Shown: positions 9,678-19,782 of the stretch, one piece after another
Numbering within the stretch: position 1 is the first letter of the stretch
How the letters are laid out: every line of letters begins with the position of its first letter
DNA from: an uncultured Granulosicoccaceae bacterium
Lineage (GTDB): Bacteria; Pseudomonadota; Gammaproteobacteria; Granulosicoccales; Granulosicoccaceae
Direction of reading: 5' to 3'
Length of the DNA stretch: 64,000 nucleotides
Assembly (NCBI GenBank): GCA_964449565.1
Contig: CAYUZB010000007.1
Location: 531-64,530 of the forward strand
Notes under the pieces: generated by a model
Told to the model about the DNA's origin: nothing
The model's database searches: none
What the model saw: only the letters and a program-made list of their open reading frames with translations
Program-made: the position numbers and the translations under genes

Positions 9678-10472
9678 ATGCGATTAAATGCAGGATTTGG
9701 CCCGTTTTTCCCGGCCTGCTGTGTTATCTGTGGCCGAATTCCGGCCCCCGATCTGGACATGTGTCCCAGTTGCCTCGGCCACCTCACCTCACGGATTCAA
9801 TTCGACGGCCGTAATATTTCGATACTGTGTCCTGGCTGTGGGGCGGACCATCCAGGAGGATGTGCGATATGCGACGATAAATTGTCACAATATGCGCGAA
9901 TCATCTGTCCCTATCGATATACCTTTCCGCTGAACCGAATGATTCAGGCCTTGAAATATGGTCATGATCGGGTCATGGGCAGGGTGCTTGGCGAGCTGCT
10001 GGCCTATGGGCTGCGTCAGGAGGAGAGCAGAGAGGCGAGGGGTGGATATGCTGTCTCATCCAGCGAGGGTGCTATCACGAGCCCTGGCATCAGCCCAGAC
10101 ATCAGCCCAGACATCAGCCCAGACATCGTCATTCCGGTTCCCTTGCATGCCAACCGCCTGGCCCAGCGCGGGTTCAATCACGCGGCTGATATCGCCCGAT
10201 TCGCGGCCAGACGTCTCAACTTGCCGTGGTCCGATGAATTGGCAGAGCGTATTGAAGACACCGGGTCCCTGGCAGGTTTATCCCGCGCGGAGCGGGAACA
10301 CAGAATTCGTGGTGCTTTTGCGGTCAGCGACAGGGTCGCCGATCAGCATATTGTAATCGTCGATGATGTACTGACAACGGGTGCAACTTCCGGTGAGCTT
10401 GCTCGCGAACTTTATGACACCGGGGCAGCGACGGTCGAGCTTTGGGTCGTGGCGCGAACGCCCATCGATTGA
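9678..10472 (+). CDS. comF: ComF family protein (phosphoribosyltransferase-like competence protein)
   Basis: N-terminal Cys-rich zinc-finger region (CVICG...CPSC...CPGCG) and C-terminal PRT motif IVIVDDVLTTGAT. ATG at 9678 sits 6 nt after AAGGAG; the ORF track starts at TTG 9672. Confidence 0.8.
   Translation: MRLNAGFGPFFPACCVICGRIPAPDLDMCPSCLGHLTSRIQFDGRNISILCPGCGADHPGGCAICDDKLSQYARIICPYRYTFPLNRMIQALKYGHDRVMGRVLGELLAYGLRQEESREARGGYAVSSSEGAITSPGISPDISPDISPDIVIPVPLHANRLAQRGFNHAADIARFAARRLNLPWSDELAERIEDTGSLAGLSRAEREHRIRGAFAVSDRVADQHIVIVDDVLTTGATSGELARELYDTGAATVELWVVARTPID
10088..10127 (+). repeat. perfect 12-bp tandem repeat CATCAGCCCAGA x3.3 inside comF
   Basis: Read directly. It encodes ISPDISPDISPDI in an insertion just before the conserved VIPVPLH segment. 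Confidence 0.9.
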
Positions 10473-12046
10473 GACATTTCATCGACCAGCATACGCGTGA
10501 CTGCCGCTGGCAATACCGAGGCCTCATGTGTGGTGCTGGTGTTCCACAGTGCTTCGTAACTGCTGCGCAATTGTTTGTGCTCATCGCTTAACTTCGTGAG
10601 AGCGGTGGTTACTTCGGTGTCAACGCGATCGAGAGCAATCCTGGCACCATCGTTTATTCCACGCACAACCGCCTGTGCGCGTGAAGGTTTCAACTTTTTG
10701 GCGAGAAAGGTTGGTAAAAACCAGGCAAGCCCCGCCAGCAGTGCGCTATTGATGGCAAAGCTTGTACCGAGGTAGGCGCCTGTATTGGAGCCGCCTTCGA
10801 TGAAGGCGTTAACGACTCTGAAGCTGATCCAGGCAAGTGCGGCCAGTGGTAAAACTATCGCAAGAGTTGTCAGGATCTTGTAAGCGATTCTTTGCAATCG
10901 AGTACCTGGGTTGACCAGCGAACGTGCAACTGCATCATCAATATAGTGTGGAAGTTGTTGCTTCAAGCTGCTGATCGTCGGTGTCAGATGCTTGTGAGCT
11001 GCATTGACAGGAAGACCGGATTTGTCTGCGCGTTCATTGATGAATTGTTCGACGGTATTGTTCAATCGCGTCATCAGGGTGTCGTCAGCAATGTTTGTCG
11101 ACAGCGATTTGCCGGGCTTGTCGACATAGGCATGGGCGAGTGGCTCAGCCTGCCACGTCATGGCCGTATGCAGAGAGTCCGCTTCACGTGGCCAACTGCC
11201 TTGCCACTGTTGCACCAGATTGTTGATGTCGGTGGTGGTCCCGAGCGAGTTTGCAAGCGTATCGGTCCGGCTTTTGATCAATTGCAGACGCTTTATGACG
11301 CCACGTGCTTCGAGTGCCTTGATCATGGAAGTCTCAGCCAGATCGCCCAGTGTCGATTCAAGCGATGCAAAGTCGTCGTCACTCGGTTTGTTAGCGCAAT
11401 CGGTTCGGAATATGATCGGGTCATCAAGACCTGCGGCTATCAACTGTTGTTGAAAGTCGTCGTATTGAACATCGTTGCCCTTGTCCCAATGGTTCATGAC
11501 AAACAGCCAGGCATGGCGACTCGCATGTTGTGTCATCAGCCGCCAACCTTGATCATCTCGATAGCGTTCCGGGCTGACGACGTAGATCACCACATCGAGG
11601 TGGGGCAGCCACAAATCGACCAGCTGACGGTGACTGGTCTCGACACTGTCAAAATCCGGCATGTCAACCCACAGCACATTTCGATAATCGTCATTCTGGT
11701 GCAGGGAGGTGCGCATGCGTGCCATCGGGAAATCGTCCGGCAGATGGTCAACCGTTACGCCCTTGTGTACGTATACGGTTATATCGCGGGAAGTGGGCCG
11801 CACGGCGCTGGTCGCTGCGACCTTGTCTCTCGCCAGACGATTGAGCAGGGAGCTTTTGCCAACCCCGGTACCGCCAAAAAGGCCGGCAACCAAGGGACGC
11901 TCCGTGTTATCGAACAGGGCGCCTGGCGTATCGCTGTGGCGGGGATCTATTTGTTCAAGGGCTATTGATGGAAGCCAGCCTGAGGCGATGGCCTGCTCTG
12001 TCCATTGTTCCAGTGAGCTGGTCAGCACTTTTAGCACGTCGGTCAT
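10412..12046 (-). CDS. P-loop GTPase with long helical C-terminal region and membrane hairpin (GTPase A)
   Basis: G1 GGTGVGKSS, G3 region WVDMPDFDS, G4 NHWD. Two adjacent hydrophobic helices lie near the C-terminus (IAYKILTTLAIVLPLAALAWISF; LGTSFAINSALLAGLAWFLPTFLA). Confidence 0.75.
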   Translation of the reverse strand: MTDVLKVLTSSLEQWTEQAIASGWLPSIALEQIDPRHSDTPGALFDNTERPLVAGLFGGTGVGKSSLLNRLARDKVAATSAVRPTSRDITVYVHKGVTVDHLPDDFPMARMRTSLHQNDDYRNVLWVDMPDFDSVETSHRQLVDLWLPHLDVVIYVVSPERYRDDQGWRLMTQHASRHAWLFVMNHWDKGNDVQYDDFQQQLIAAGLDDPIIFRTDCANKPSDDDFASLESTLGDLAETSMIKALEARGVIKRLQLIKSRTDTLANSLGTTTDINNLVQQWQGSWPREADSLHTAMTWQAEPLAHAYVDKPGKSLSTNIADDTLMTRLNNTVEQFINERADKSGLPVNAAHKHLTPTISSLKQQLPHYIDDAVARSLVNPGTRLQRIAYKILTTLAIVLPLAALAWISFRVVNAFIEGGSNTGAYLGTSFAINSALLAGLAWFLPTFLAKKLKPSRAQAVVRGINDGARIALDRVDTEVTTALTKLSDEHKQLRSSYEALWNTSTTHEASVLPAAVTRMLVDEMSQSMGVRATTQSSTVAAPVS

Positions 12047-12122
12047 GTTTTTTATGCCGGATGATTAAGTGTCACGGTCAATGATTCAACAACACGGCTG
12101 AGCATACACGCATAATTCACCA

Positions 12123-13850
12123 GTGAGCGACAAAGAACTGCAATCAGAAGGCCACAAGAGCGCTCGTTTCGCCGCGTCGACAGCGGCCTGCGCGCGAAGT
12201 CTTGCTGATGATTCGCAAATGTCACTCAGCGATGTTGCACCGGATGATGCGACCCGTCGGGCCGCCTATCGTGGACAGGCTGACTCACTCGCGCTTCGAT
12301 GCGCCTATCACGACGCGGCTTTGCATGCGCACAAGCGACCACAAAGTCATTTCGCCGGGATGCTTTTTGATCTGCTCGAGCGTGAGCGTTTCGAGTCACT
12401 CGGTGCCAATGTTTACGATGGTGTCAGGCGAAACCTTGATGCGCGAGAGCCTGGTTTGTCAGGAGTAGCAGATGAGCTGAGTCTTTTGAGCCGAAGCTGG
12501 TTTCGTGGAATTGAACGAGACATTGACCTGAGCCGTTTGTCAGGCAGTGCAGCCTTGTGCGCAGAGACGCTGCCTGCGCTTCGACAGCTTCTCGATAACC
12601 AGCAAGCCTTTGCCGAATTAAGTATCAGTCTGGTTGAACGAATACTGTCGATGGATAAGGACATCAATGTCGAGCCGGGTGCCTCTGATGATGTGGATAT
12701 GATGACCGACAGTGAGGCATCTGATGTCGAGGCAGATCAACCGGTTGAAGAAGCCTCTCAGGTCGACGACGAAGAAGCATCGAGCACGCGGACCCGAGAG
12801 GATGAGCGCTTGCCCGATGCTGCGATGAGTGATTCGGTCGAGACTGATGAATTGCCAGATGCAGCTCAGGATGAAGCACCCGGTTCGGGTGCGGATCCCG
12901 TGCTGTTGCAATCAGGGGTGGGGTCTGTATATGAAGCTTATACAACGCGTTTTGATGAGGTGGTTAACGCTGACAGTTTGGCCAGTGAAGCAGCGCTAGA
13001 TCAATGGCGAGCGGATCTTGATGAATATCTGTCACGTCAGGGTCGTCTGGTCAGACGCTTGGCCGCGCGGCTGCAACGCGTGTTGTTGGCGCAACAACGA
13101 AGGCAATGGCAGTTCGATATGCCAGAGGGTATTCTGGATACTGCGCGCCTGTCTCGTCTGGTCACTGACCCCTTGATGCCATTGACCTTCAAGACTGACA
13201 AAGCGTCTCCATTCAAGGATACGACGGTCACCTTGTTGCTCGATAACTCGCGCTCGATGCTCGGACGCCCGATCATGATCGCCGCCGCCTGTGCGGATGT
13301 TCTTGGCCAAACACTCGAGCGGTGTGGTGTCAGTGTCGAGATCCTGGGCTTCACGACGGTTGCATTGCATGGCGGTCAATCAACAGCTGTCTGGGAAGCT
13401 GCCGGGCGACCCGTGGCCCCCGGGCGGCTCAATGACTTGCGACACATCATCTACAAAAGCGCCGATATGCCTTATCGCAATGCGCGACGTAATCTGGGTT
13501 TGATGCTCGACAAGGATGTGCTGAAACAGAATATTGATGGCGAGTCTTTACTGTGGGCATACAAACGATTGCTGTGTCGGCCCGAGCAACGCAGAATCCT
13601 TATGGTCATCTCTGACGGCGCACCCGTGGATACCAGTACCTTGGCGGCGAACGATGGTGATTTTCTGGCGCAACATCTTGATTCTGTCATCGCTGATATA
13701 GAGTCGGCGCGGCAGGTCGAGCTGATCGCAATTGGTATTGGCCACGATGTCAGCCGCTTCTATCGCGAATCGATGAGTGTCTTCGATGCCAGGCAGCTCG
13801 GCTCGGCCATGCTGACGCGGCTCGAATCCTTGTTTAGCCACGTAAGGTAG
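12123..13850 (+). CDS. CobT-like protein with C-terminal vWA/MIDAS domain
   Basis: N-terminal CobT-type string ([20 protein letters not shown]...[24 protein letters not shown]). An acidic middle ([30 protein letters not shown]). A C-terminal vWA with MIDAS DNSRS (LLLDNSRSM) and [12 protein letters not shown] start. Confidence 0.8.
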   Translation: MSDKELQSEGHKSARFAASTAACARSLADDSQMSLSDVAPDDATRRAAYRGQADSLALRCAYHDAALHAHKRPQSHFAGMLFDLLERERFESLGANVYDGVRRNLDAREPGLSGVADELSLLSRSWFRGIERDIDLSRLSGSAALCAETLPALRQLLDNQQAFAELSISLVERILSMDKDINVEPGASDDVDMMTDSEASDVEADQPVEEASQVDDEEASSTRTREDERLPDAAMSDSVETDELPDAAQDEAPGSGADPVLLQSGVGSVYEAYTTRFDEVVNADSLASEAALDQWRADLDEYLSRQGRLVRRLAARLQRVLLAQQRRQWQFDMPEGILDTARLSRLVTDPLMPLTFKTDKASPFKDTTVTLLLDNSRSMLGRPIMIAAACADVLGQTLERCGVSVEILGFTTVALHGGQSTAVWEAAGRPVAPGRLNDLRHIIYKSADMPYRNARRNLGLMLDKDVLKQNIDGESLLWAYKRLLCRPEQRRILMVISDGAPVDTSTLAANDGDFLAQHLDSVIADIESARQVELIAIGIGHDVSRFYRESMSVFDARQLGSAMLTRLESLFSHVR

Positions 13851-13898
13851 AAGTCCGATACTATAGTTTTCTCATAATCAAACCCCCGAGGAACCCCT

Positions 13899-14381
13899 AT
13901 GTTGAAACAAGGCGACAAATTGCCAGACGCCACTTTGCGTCAAATGACGTCCAATGGTCCTGTTGAGGTATCAGTTAGCGAATATTGTCGTGGGCGTAAG
14001 GTTGTGATCTTTGCGCTACCTGGCGCGTTCACACCAACGTGCTCGGAAAAGCATGTGCCGAGTTATATCAGTAACCATGATGCGTTAAAGAAAGCCGGTG
14101 TTGATGCGATTGCCTGCATTTCCACGGGCGATCAATTCGTCATGGATGCCTGGGGTAAAACACTGGGCACGGGTGACAAGGTCGATATGCTTGCTGATGG
14201 TAATCACGAATTTACTCGCGCAGCCGGTATGACTCTCGATCTTAGCGTTGCCGGACTTGGCGAACGCTCATTACGCTATGCCATGGTGGTAGACGACGGT
14301 GTGGTCAGCTGGCTTGCGGTTGATGAAGATCCTCGCTCGGCAGAAGCCAGCATTGCAGAAGCTGCTCTGGCTGCTGTTTGA
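13899..14381 (+). CDS. peroxiredoxin, Prx5 subfamily
   Basis: 160 aa with LPGAFTPTCS peroxidatic-Cys motif. Confidence 0.85.
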   Translation: MLKQGDKLPDATLRQMTSNGPVEVSVSEYCRGRKVVIFALPGAFTPTCSEKHVPSYISNHDALKKAGVDAIACISTGDQFVMDAWGKTLGTGDKVDMLADGNHEFTRAAGMTLDLSVAGLGERSLRYAMVVDDGVVSWLAVDEDPRSAEASIAEAALAAV

Positions 14382-14383
14382 GT

Positions 14384-16144
14384 TCAGTCGTCCATCGACT
14401 CGAGGGCTTGCAGAATAGCATCGGGTAAGTCACTGACCAGCAAGGTACTGTTATCACGGAACTCCGTCATTGCTTGGAGTTCCGCTTTCAGTACGCCATC
14501 GAGCACACGCTTGCGGATATGTTGCTGCTGTTCCTGTTTGAGCGCTTTTTTACTCATCTCGAGATAACGACCCAGCGCACTCTCGGTCAAGAGGCTGGTC
14601 ACCGACAGCATCGCGGGGGCGAGGATAAGATCACTTGGTGCAAGGCCGCCAGATTTAACGGCAAGCGCAACTCCTGCTGCATCCGCACTCACTCGGGCAG
14701 CCCGCAAAGCATTCAACAATCGTGGTTGATCCTGTAATTGCTCGTACAATCGCTGAGCTGTTTCTTCAATGCGTGGTTCAAACTCCTCACGCGCCACGGC
14801 GGCTGTCTGCTGATAGTTTTGGTTAAGCTGTTTTGAGTCACTGCTAAAGCGTTTTGACAGCTTTAGCCACCAGTGCTGTTGAGCGCCAGGCTCCTGCTGT
14901 TGTTCCAGTAAGTAGGCGTGCAAGTTCGTGACGACCTCTTTGTACATGACGCCGAGTATCTCGGCTTCCTGGTCCAGGCCTGAATTGCCCTTGTTATCCA
15001 GTCGGGACGTGACAGCCGTTTTACCAAATCCGAACAGGGTACGTGCAGGCCAGGTGACAATACTGCGGGTGCGCGCCAGTGTGGCGGCAATGCCCGGGAT
15101 TTCCAACAGAGATAAAAGTTCGCCCAATGCCCGGTTGAAGGTTTCATACTTGTCCGGATTTTCCAGATAAGCAGTGACATAGGTTTGTTCTGCTGCATCC
15201 AAGGCATCATCAATGTGTATGAGCCATGTCTGACGTGCATCAAGTTCGTGTTTAAGTGGCGTCAACCAAGCCGTGCGATTTGCATCGATGAAAGCCTGGC
15301 AAGCGCTGATCTGCAGGTCCCGGTCGATAGCCTTGGTGGCCTTCTTGATCGCGGTGTTGAGTAAGGCGAGGTTCGCCTTTGGTAATGCGCGCCACCCACC
15401 ATCAACAAATGGAAAGTCGACAATTGTCGGGCAGCTTTCGTTGAAAGTCGCTTCATATCGTTCCGAGAATGCATTGATCACCGTAGCCTTGTCGCGTTCA
15501 TCGAGCTTGTTGATAACAACGATCACCGGGCGGCCAAGATCTTTTATCAGTTCGAGCATGTTCCAGACGCTCTTGTCGCCATACTTGTCCTTGCTGAGCA
15601 TCAAGACAAGGATGTCTGACAAAGCGATGGTTGCGAGTACTGCGCTTTGATAACCTCGCGCATCAATTGAATCAAAGTCGGGAGAGTCCCAGACGATGCC
15701 ATGAGCGATCATGCGCTTGCGACCGGTCTTGACAGCATCTAGCGAGTATTTATTCAAAGACTCGCTCGTCAAAGATTGCTGCGGCTCTCGAGTCAGTGGA
15801 TTCAGTACGGTTTCTATTGCCGCGTATTCAGTTGTCGGTGCATCAGCCGCAAAACCCTGAGCATGTACAGTGAATGCCGCCAACGGGCTGATCCCCGCAA
15901 GCTCTGCATCAAGCAGAACATTGACCAGCGTGCTTTTTCCAGCCTGAGTAGGGCCGATGATGGTGACCTGCGGGCTATGTTCTGGTAAGCGTTGATTAAG
16001 CTCAAGCTTGTCCATGACCGCATCGGCGAGTCGCAAACCATTGAAGTTGTCAGTCAGCGACGTCGAGACATCCTTGTCATGTTCAAGGATTGCTCGGTAA
16101 CGTGCCAGAAGTGGTGCAACCCATTCATTCTTGCTCAAATTCAT
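14384..16144 (-). CDS. P-loop GTPase with long helical C-terminal region (GTPase B, paralogue of GTPase A)
   Basis: G1 GPTQAGKST, G3 region VWDSPDFDS, G4 NKLD, then more than 300 aa predicted helical. Begins 22 bp downstream of ubiA on the same strand. Confidence 0.75.
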   Translation of the reverse strand: MNLSKNEWVAPLLARYRAILEHDKDVSTSLTDNFNGLRLADAVMDKLELNQRLPEHSPQVTIIGPTQAGKSTLVNVLLDAELAGISPLAAFTVHAQGFAADAPTTEYAAIETVLNPLTREPQQSLTSESLNKYSLDAVKTGRKRMIAHGIVWDSPDFDSIDARGYQSAVLATIALSDILVLMLSKDKYGDKSVWNMLELIKDLGRPVIVVINKLDERDKATVINAFSERYEATFNESCPTIVDFPFVDGGWRALPKANLALLNTAIKKATKAIDRDLQISACQAFIDANRTAWLTPLKHELDARQTWLIHIDDALDAAEQTYVTAYLENPDKYETFNRALGELLSLLEIPGIAATLARTRSIVTWPARTLFGFGKTAVTSRLDNKGNSGLDQEAEILGVMYKEVVTNLHAYLLEQQQEPGAQQHWWLKLSKRFSSDSKQLNQNYQQTAAVAREEFEPRIEETAQRLYEQLQDQPRLLNALRAARVSADAAGVALAVKSGGLAPSDLILAPAMLSVTSLLTESALGRYLEMSKKALKQEQQQHIRKRVLDGVLKAELQAMTEFRDNSTLLVSDLPDAILQALESMDD

Positions 16145-16166
16145 GGGAAGTGCTTACCAAAAGTTC

Positions 16167-17057
16167 TCATGGAAAAAGCTGGTAGTCAATGACGAGTGCG
16201 ATAAACACAAGCATGCCGAGGTAGTGGTTGTTCAAGAAGGCTTTGATACAAAATTCTGGTTCTCGTGTTCGCGATATCCACAACTGCCAGGCAACGAAAC
16301 CCAGTGACAGGCCCAAACCCAGAAAGTAGATCCAAGCTCGCCCGGCTAGAACCCCGAGCCAGATGTGCAAGACAAGTACCAGCAGTTGTAAAACAGCCAC
16401 GATCAGGAGATCGTAGCGTCCAAAGAAGATCGCCGTTGACTTGACGCCGATTTTCAGATCATCCTCTCGATCGGCCATCGCATACAGGGTGTCATAGGCG
16501 ACGGCCCACAGAACGGCTGCCGTGAACAGCACCCAGGCTTCCAGCGGCATGGCGTTTTGAATCGCCGCATAAGCCATTGGCGTCGCAATCGCAAACGCTG
16601 CGCCTAAAATGATTTGCGGAAAATGTGTTACACGCTTGCAATAGGGGTAAATGCTCGCCAGCACGACGGCGACAAACGACATCATGATTGTCAGGCGATT
16701 TGTCATCAGAACCAGTAAAAAAGCCAGCCCCATCAATAGGCCAGCGGCCCATAGTGCGTCGGCCGGGCGTAAGGCTCCGGTCGCCAGAGGACGATTCCGG
16801 GTTCGAGCGACATGACCGTCAATTTCACGATCGGCATAATCATTGATTGCACAACCGGCAGATCGGGTAAGTACGGTGCCGAGAATAAATATCAGCAGCG
16901 TCGTGACAGGTGGAAACCCATCGGCGGCAAACCACAGCGCCAGCAATGTCGGCCATAAAAGCAGATAAATGCCGATCGGCCGATTGAGTCGGGTCAGCGC
17001 GATGAATGCGGGAAATTTGTTTTTCGTTTCGCTGTCATACACAAGCATATCGTCCAC
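16167..17057 (-). CDS. ubiA: 4-hydroxybenzoate polyprenyltransferase
   Basis: Multi-TM, with UbiA motif NDYADREIDGHVARTRNRPL and a second Asp-rich motif YDTLYAMADREDD. Confidence 0.9.
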   Translation of the reverse strand: MDDMLVYDSETKNKFPAFIALTRLNRPIGIYLLLWPTLLALWFAADGFPPVTTLLIFILGTVLTRSAGCAINDYADREIDGHVARTRNRPLATGALRPADALWAAGLLMGLAFLLVLMTNRLTIMMSFVAVVLASIYPYCKRVTHFPQIILGAAFAIATPMAYAAIQNAMPLEAWVLFTAAVLWAVAYDTLYAMADREDDLKIGVKSTAIFFGRYDLLIVAVLQLLVLVLHIWLGVLAGRAWIYFLGLGLSLGFVAWQLWISRTREPEFCIKAFLNNHYLGMLVFIALVIDYQLFP

Positions 17058-17123
17058 CAGAGTGGTGTCACAGGTTATAGTAGCCGGTTGTCACCTTACA
17101 GTTGTGTTTTCGAGGAACAATAA

Positions 17124-18479
17124 ATGAGCTCACCATTTGACTATGACTTGATCGCCATTGGTGGTGGTAGTGGTGGCATTGCCACAGCCAACCGGGCAGG
17201 TAGCTACGGTGCTCGCGTCCTGCTGATAGAGGCGTCCGAAGAAATGGGCGGAACCTGTGTCAATCGTGGTTGCGTGCCGAAAAAGGTCATGTGGTATGGC
17301 GCGTCTCTATCGCAGGCCTTGAATGATGCGACCAGTTATGGGTTTGATGTGTCTGTAAGTGGTTTCAGCTGGTCCAAATTGGTCGAAAAGCGCGAAGCTT
17401 ATATCAGCAATATCAATAAGGCCTACGACAAATACCTCGGTCAAAACAAGGTTGAGGCCATCACCGGATACGCCTCCCTCTCAGATGCCAATACGGTAAA
17501 AGTGGGTGACAAGCAATACACAGCTGAACGTATTGTCATCGCAACCGGCGGTGCGCCCAGTGTCCCCGATATCCCTGGCAAGGAGCTCGCAGTCACCTCC
17601 GATGGTTTCTTCGAGTTCACTGAGCAGCCTGGCAAAGTGTTGGTGATTGGTGCAGGTTATATAGCGGTAGAACTCGCTGGCATGATGCAAACGCTGGGCA
17701 GCGATGTGACCTTGGCTATCCGCCATGACAAGTTTTTGCGAGGCTTTGAACCCTTGCTGCAAGATCAGCTCATGGAAGAAATGCGGGCCGAGGGTGTAAC
17801 CATAGAAACTCAATTCACCACGGCTGAACTGCAGCGCAGTAAAGACAGCATTGTCGCGCTTGGAGAAAACGGCAAGCAACTCGGTGGCTTTGATGCGGTC
17901 GTTTTTGCTGTCGGACGTTCCCCTGCGACGCAATCAATCGGTCTCGACGCAGCTGGCGTCACAACGGACAAACGCGGCTATATCCCGGTCGATAAATACC
18001 AGCAAACCAATATCCCGAGCATCTTTGCCATCGGTGATGTAACTGGTCAGGCCGAATTGACACCCGTCGCCATCGCGGCAGGCAGACGCTTGGCCGACCG
18101 GATCTATGACAAGCAGGAAGGCCGACACCTGGATTACGCACTGATCCCCACAGTGGTGTTCAGCCACCCGCCTCTGGCGACCGTCGGTATGACAGAAGAT
18201 CAAGCGCGCGAAGCATTTGGCGATGAGGTGAAGGTTTATCAGGCGTCTTTCACCGCCATGTACAACGCATTTACCGAACACAAGCCGAAAACCGCCATCA
18301 AGCTTGTGGTCACCGGCAGTGAGGAGCGGGTGGTCGGTATACATATGATCGGTCTGGCGGTCGACGAAATACTCCAGGGTTTTGCCGTTGCCATGCGAAT
18401 GGGGGCAACGAAGAGTGACTTTGACGACACGATTGCCATACACCCGACTAGCGCCGAGGAGCTGGTTACGCTCCGCTAA
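17124..18479 (+). CDS. gor: glutathione-disulfide reductase
   Basis: FAD motif GGGSGG, redox-active [13 protein letters not shown], 451 aa, C-terminal HPTSAEE dimerisation/active-site His motif. Confidence 0.9.
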   Translation: MSSPFDYDLIAIGGGSGGIATANRAGSYGARVLLIEASEEMGGTCVNRGCVPKKVMWYGASLSQALNDATSYGFDVSVSGFSWSKLVEKREAYISNINKAYDKYLGQNKVEAITGYASLSDANTVKVGDKQYTAERIVIATGGAPSVPDIPGKELAVTSDGFFEFTEQPGKVLVIGAGYIAVELAGMMQTLGSDVTLAIRHDKFLRGFEPLLQDQLMEEMRAEGVTIETQFTTAELQRSKDSIVALGENGKQLGGFDAVVFAVGRSPATQSIGLDAAGVTTDKRGYIPVDKYQQTNIPSIFAIGDVTGQAELTPVAIAAGRRLADRIYDKQEGRHLDYALIPTVVFSHPPLATVGMTEDQAREAFGDEVKVYQASFTAMYNAFTEHKPKTAIKLVVTGSEERVVGIHMIGLAVDEILQGFAVAMRMGATKSDFDDTIAIHPTSAEELVTLR

Positions 18480-18694
18480 CGCGCCCAGTGCAGTTGATTT
18501 TGTGATCTGTCGCACATGGCAGAGTGCGTAACCATGAGGTGCAGATCACGCTGCGCTTACTTCTCTTGCGTGGATGATTTAACCGAACCAGTTCACGGCC
18601 GCTAACAGATGCATTGGGGCCATCGTGGAATGCGGTGGCAGGCAACGGTGGTATGAGCAAGGGTGCGCGGATGACAATCGTAGACACACAGGGG

Positions 18695-19216
18695 ATGCGC
18701 CAGAAGGGCTTCTCTCTCCTGGAGTTGCTGATCACGATAGGGATAGCAGGAATATTGCTGGGCCTCGCGGTGCCTTCATTTTCGACGTTTCTCGATGATT
18801 CGAAAGTTTCTTCAGTGACCAACAACCTTGTCTACGCACTTCAGACGGCCCGATCCGAATCCATCAAGCGTTCAAGCGCTGTGGTTTTATGTCCCAGTAC
18901 CAACGCAACGACAACAAACCCCACATGTAATGGCGGTTATGGTGATGGTTGGGTTGTATTCGCCGATGATGACGCTAGCGGCGCGCGGAACGGTACTGAG
19001 GAAATTATTCTTCAGGTTGAGTCGCAGCCCGGTGGATTCAGTTTCATTCCTGATGCGGCGTTTACCAATCGTGTTTTCTTCGGAGATACCGGATCTAGTA
19101 CCAACTCCACAGGCGTACCCTTGTCTGGTCAGATCCAAATTTCCTTCGCTGGCAGCAGTGAGGTACGTAATGTACTGATCGCGGCCAATGGTCGAATCAG
19201 TTCAGAGACTCCATGA
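18695..19216 (+). CDS. fimT: type IV minor pilin, GspH/FimT(FimU) family
   Basis: Prepilin leader MRQKG|FSLLELLITIGIAGILLGLAVPSF. The upstream ATGs at 18614 and 18671 would give implausibly long leaders, but the start remains uncertain. Confidence 0.8.
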   Translation: MRQKGFSLLELLITIGIAGILLGLAVPSFSTFLDDSKVSSVTNNLVYALQTARSESIKRSSAVVLCPSTNATTTNPTCNGGYGDGWVVFADDDASGARNGTEEIILQVESQPGGFSFIPDAAFTNRVFFGDTGSSTNSTGVPLSGQIQISFAGSSEVRNVLIAANGRISSETP

Positions 19217-19782
19217 TGCGACAATTTCCTCATTATAAAAAACATCAACGTGGTGTTGGCATCATCGAGGTTCTGGTGGCCTTGGTGGTTGTATCCCTGG
19301 GGGTACTTGGTATGGCCAACCTGCAATTGACAGGCATCAAGCACAGCAATAGCGGTTATAACCGTGCCAAAGCGCTGATGGTGGCTGGCAGTATTACCTC
19401 GCGTATGCGCGCCAATCGAGCCGGTGTGCTGGCAGGAAACTATAACGCCTATAGCTTCACTTCGAGTGAAACTACCTGTTCAGTCAGGCCCAATCCATAT
19501 TGTCAGACCTTGGGAACAACTGCTGCCCAAAGTTGCTCGGTAGAGCAGCTTGCCACCTATGATCTTTTCAGTGCTTCCTGTGGCAACTGGGGCGCAACCG
19601 AGAATGCTGATGGCGGTGTGCAGGATTACTTGCCGCTCGGTGCCACATTGGATGTCAATTGTGACGATGCAACTTGCACCCCAATGTCAACGTATACAGT
19701 CGCTGTCACCTGGCCGGAATCGCAGAATGCATCGAATGATGCGGATTCAACGCACCGTGTACAAATCAGGTTCCGACCATGA
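19213..19782 (+). CDS. pilV: type IV pilus minor pilin PilV
   Basis: Leader ...HQRG|VGIIEVLVALVVVSLGVLGMANLQ. ATGA overlap with fimT. Confidence 0.8.
   Translation: MMRQFPHYKKHQRGVGIIEVLVALVVVSLGVLGMANLQLTGIKHSNSGYNRAKALMVAGSITSRMRANRAGVLAGNYNAYSFTSSETTCSVRPNPYCQTLGTTAAQSCSVEQLATYDLFSASCGNWGATENADGGVQDYLPLGATLDVNCDDATCTPMSTYTVAVTWPESQNASNDADSTHRVQIRFRP

Noticed and set aside
10892-11968. 358-aa ORF on the plus strand, one of the longest in the track
   Set aside because: It lies entirely antisense to the GTPase A gene. It has Cys/Arg/His-rich, low-plausibility composition and no motif. This is a typical shadow ORF opposite a real gene.
17934-18515. 193-aa minus-strand ORF, plus several others inside gor
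   Set aside because: It is antisense to glutathione reductase, whose motifs are unambiguous.
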